Assembly: GCA_003971905.1 (NCBI GenBank)
Contig: RSEE01000013.1
Coordinates: forward strand, 62,001 to 126,000
Length of the DNA: 64,000 nt
Reading direction: 5' to 3'
Source: Moniliella sp. 'wahieum'
Taxonomy: Eukaryota
Made by a program: the position numbers and the translations under genes. The notes below the pieces were generated by a model. That model was not told the origin of the DNA. It was given only the letters and a program-made list of their open reading frames with translations, and made no database searches. Positions 60,572 through 64,000 of this stretch are shown here, in pieces. Each line of letters starts with the position of its first letter. The first letter of the stretch is position 1.

Positions 60572-61605
60572 ATGGCCACGACGGTCCCCTCCCACGAGTC
60601 GATTCTGCGCCCTGAGGCTATCGCCAAGCAGGTTGCCGCCCAGGACGCGGTCAAGGCTGAGCTTGCCGCCAAGGCGGCTGAGGCCAAGAAGGTACGTTAC
60701 CTTGCGTTCGACATTGCCAGAGGTGGGACCACGCTAGTGGCATCCGATGATGACGGCGTACCTACACGCCATGTCATCCCATCCGGGAGCGGGCAGCTGT
60801 GATGCATTACAACCACTTTGATGGCTAGCCCTTACTTTGCAATGCTGCCTCAATATTATACCATCTTTCGGGTCTGAGCATCCTTCTCCCGGACTTGCCA
60901 CTACTTGTCCCGCCTGGGCATTGTATCAACGGTGAATGTGCCGCACTGGGACTAACTTTTCATTGTCATTTTCCAGGCTGCCAAGGAGACTCGCGAGAAG
61001 ATCCTGAAGCGCAACGAGGCGTACATCGCTGAGTATGCTGCTGCGGACGCTGAGGAGGTTAAGAACCGCCGTGTGGCTAAGGCTGCTGGCGACTTCTACG
61101 TCCCCGCCCAGCCCAAGGTGGTGTTTGTTGTGCGTCTTCGCGGTATCTGCAACATCCCCCCAAGCCCCGCAAGATCATGCAGCTGCTCCGCCTGATCCAG
61201 GTGAACAACGGTGTGTTTGTTAAGCTCACGAAGGCGACGGCGCAGATGCTGCAGCTGATCGAGCCCTACGTCACGTACGGTACCCCTTCGCTCGCCACGA
61301 TCCGCCTGCTTCTGTACAAGCGTGGCTACGCCAAGATCAACGGCCAGCGCCTGCCCATTTCGGACAACAAGCTGATTCAGTCTCGCCTCAGCAAGCTTGG
61401 CTTCCTCTCGGTTGAGGACCTTGTTCACGAGATCTACACTGCCGGCCCCCACTTCAAGCAGGTCACTACCTTCCTCTGGCCCTTCAAGTTGTCCAACCCT
61501 ACCGGCGGCTTCCGTGCTCGCAAGCTCAAGCACTTTGTGGAGAACAACGGCGACACTGGTGACCGTGAGCACTTCATGCCCGCGCTCATCAAGCGCATGG
61601 CCTAA
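60572..61605 (+). CDS. RPL7: 60S ribosomal protein L7 (uL30)
   Basis: [63 protein letters not shown] and [10 protein letters not shown]. Intron 60692-60976; one single-base frameshift near 61160. Confidence 0.97.
60796..60879 (+). ncRNA. intronic box C/D snoRNA (snR39/snR39B-type guide for LSU rRNA)
   Basis: C-like box GTGATGC at 60799-60805 and D box CTGA at 60874-60877. The D box is directly preceded by ACCATCTTTCGGGT, a 14-nt complement of the conserved LSU sequence ACCCGAAAGAUGGU. Closing stem TCCGGGAG (60782-60789) pairs with CTCCCGGA (60886-60893). Confidence 0.88.
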
Positions 61606-62227
61606 GCTGAAGCTCGATGCGCACCCTTTCGGATCCTCGGTTGCGCGTAATATGCCCGCAGTCCTCTGCACCTCAGTGTCTTGCCGTGGGGCAAGGGGCT
61701 CCAGGGCTTTGCGTCGGAATCGGGGCGCAAGGATACTGGTTGGGATGCTCGGCTTTCAAAACTTGTCTGGTTCTACCTCGACCAGGCTTAGCACTCCATG
61801 CCTCTTCTGCTATGTGATTGTGGTGGCGTTCTGTACACGAGTAGAGCTGTAGACATGGTGTACGCTGTTTTCCTCGACGCAAAAGCAGCACAAGCAACAT
61901 AGTTTTAGCTCAAAGTCAAGCAGGCAGAGCTGTGCGGCAGGTGCAGTGCGGCAGGTGCGAGGCCTCACCTCACCTAAGGGCCTAGGCCCGCCACGCAAAC
62001 AAAAGAAAGTGAACATTTGAAAGTTGCTCGGAGGTTACTTTAACTTCCACTGGTGGCCTGGCGGCGCCAAACGGAGGGCCCTGTGAGTGCAGTACCAAGT
62101 ACCGCCCGCCGCGCCAGGGGCTGTCGACAGTCCTTGGACCGCCACCACCTCTCACCACCGCTCTTCTCGCCTCGCACCTACCCCTATCGCCTGCCCCGCT
62201 GTGTGCGGTGCTTTCGCGTCCTCTGCC

Positions 62228-64000
62228 ATGTTCTCCCGCACCCATGCAGCGCGTCCGAGTGCCGCTTCCAGCACAGGCACCAGCGGCAAGCGCGATGCCT
62301 GGGCCAGCCGGTATGCCATGTTCCCCCCCACACCTGGACGCAGCTGACCATCTTTTCTTTGTAGATACACTTCAGGCCTTTCCGAGTTTGGCGATGAACG
62401 GGAGCGCACCTTGTCCTGGGAAGACGACCGTGCTGCCATTCGCGCACGCCAACAAGCCGTCCAGGCAACCAATTTGGGTCTCCGCCTCGGTCTAGCAGCA
62501 TTAGCCGAGATCTGCATTCATCCGTATCGATCCCGCCAGGATTTTCGGGCTCTGCATCTATGGAGAGCCTCCCGGGATCTTTTCGCGGAAGCGACTTCAA
62601 TCCCGACGTCAGCGCAGCTGATATCAGTGCGTCCTCGGCGCGCGGCGGCAACATTGGCTTCACCTTCCCGAGCCTACCTTCCAACGAATCAGGGATGACC
62701 GCCCAGTGTGATCCTCCAGTTGGCAGCAATCATTTGATTCCAGACCCGGACACGAGCCAATTGTCGAGAGTGGTGGGAAGTGTGATCGAGCCGCGGGAGA
62801 AGCGGGAACGCTGGCATTGTACCGACTGTGGTCTTATCTTCCCCCGTGATAGCACCATCTTTGCTCCCCCTACGAGCATCCCAACTGCCACAACTGGCTC
62901 TGTACGAGCTCCGGGTACGGGATCGGACCCGGTACGGCCCGACGCTGGCGCTGAGCCCTCGTCTTATTTCTGCCGTCACTGCTATACGAAAAGATTCAGT
63001 CTCGGGCAATGTGCCGAATGCGGGGGCGACATTCTGGGTACTACGCGGCAAGATGGAGCTTTCGTCCGTGCGCCTTCTACGGGGGCTATGTACCATGGAC
63101 GGTGCTATGCGTGTGTCCACTGCGGCATCGCCTCGGCTCCTCCGCCTCTGGGGGATGGAGCAACAATATTGATCGGCATGCACGGTCTTCCATTGTGTGA
63201 GATGTGCTTTGATAACGATCCACAAGCGCCTCGTCAAGACCGCGCGGCCTGGACATACCACTCGAAAAGTTTGGACCCAGGACAAGACCCTGACATGAGC
63301 ACTTCCTCTCCTCGTCGTAAGGATGCCCGATCAAAAGCGATTGACGAGTTGCATGAACGTCTTCACCAACCCCTCAAGGCCGAGAAGCTTAAATCAGACC
63401 CGAAACCAGCGCCCCCTCCCGTTTCTACACCTTGTTCACCATCACTCCTAGAGGCAGAGGCTACCCCGCGTCCGCGTTGGGGATCTTTTCCGGCTTTCCC
63501 CGGACTAAACCCATGAATCCCGACGAATTGAAACCGACTTCACTTCCTTCCGTCAAGCCCCGGGCACTTACACGGTCTAGTCCGAGGGTGAAGGATGTGG
63601 CCGCAGCCTTTGAAGCGGGTGCGCCAGCTCTGAAAGCCCGCCCCGGCTGGGCAGCCAGTTTGCCTGCTTCTCCCGCCAAATCAGTCCTGCGGCCGTCTTC
63701 AGCTGTGGCTTCCACGCCGGCGGCATTCTCGAATGTATCCAAGCCCCGGCCCATTCCTATACGCAAGTGGCATCCTCTTCGGGCCTGCGTACCCCCAGCC
63801 CTCAACGTACTCTACCCGACCAAACTCGTTCCTCGCCCATTCGGCCTTCGTTTGGAAATGATTCTCCCCTGCATACACCCACAAGCCCTTCGACTCATCG
63901 ACTTTTCGAACAGTTGTCCATCAGGCCTACCTCGTCAATCAAACCAAGCATGTCGGCTTTGGAGGATCTACCGGAGGTTAGCCCAAGTCTTTCCAATCCT
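62228..64000 (+). CDS. LIM / zinc-binding domain protein, probably continuing past the window end
   Basis: ATG 62228 and intron 62311-62364. CTDC...CRHC followed by CAEC...HGRC.AC.HC...CEMC, which is LIM spacing; Pro/Ser-rich continuation with frameshifts. Confidence 0.75.

Noticed and set aside
61150..61170. Programmed frameshift in RPL7
   Set aside because: The break lies beside a C homopolymer and matches the error pattern in all other genes.

Overview
GC-rich eukaryotic DNA from a compact, intron-poor fungal genome. It is most likely a basidiomycete, judged from GT..AG introns with CTAAC/CTGAC branch points, intron-containing tRNAs and the gene families present. It holds about 17 recognisable protein genes: ALDH, amino-acid permease, KEI1, MATE, S53 peptidase, SFT2-like, CPA1, kelch-BTB, class III aminotransferase, DAL5-like MFS, IVY1, LCHN/DENN, PGC1-like GDPD, dual-specificity phosphatase, class V PLP lyase, ARO8-like, RPL7 and a LIM protein. 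There are also two tRNAs, a box C/D snoRNA in the RPL7 intron, a DHHC palmitoyltransferase pseudogene and an inverted, chimeric duplicate of the MFS locus. Almost every gene, RPL7 included, carries single-base frameshifts, which points to an unpolished long-read consensus, so CDS ends are approximate. The strongest unexplained signal is a recurring micro-insertion grammar, TNAxy + revcomp(xy) + TNAxy (7-bp period). I counted about 30 exact cases by eye against about 0.5 expected, nearly all non-coding. Two such insertions sit stacked on the catalytic DHHC codons of the pseudogene, and others distinguish the two copies of a duplicated promoter. They look like hairpin-repair (P-nucleotide) excision footprints of an unidentified element that cuts with a 7-bp stagger centred on TNA.
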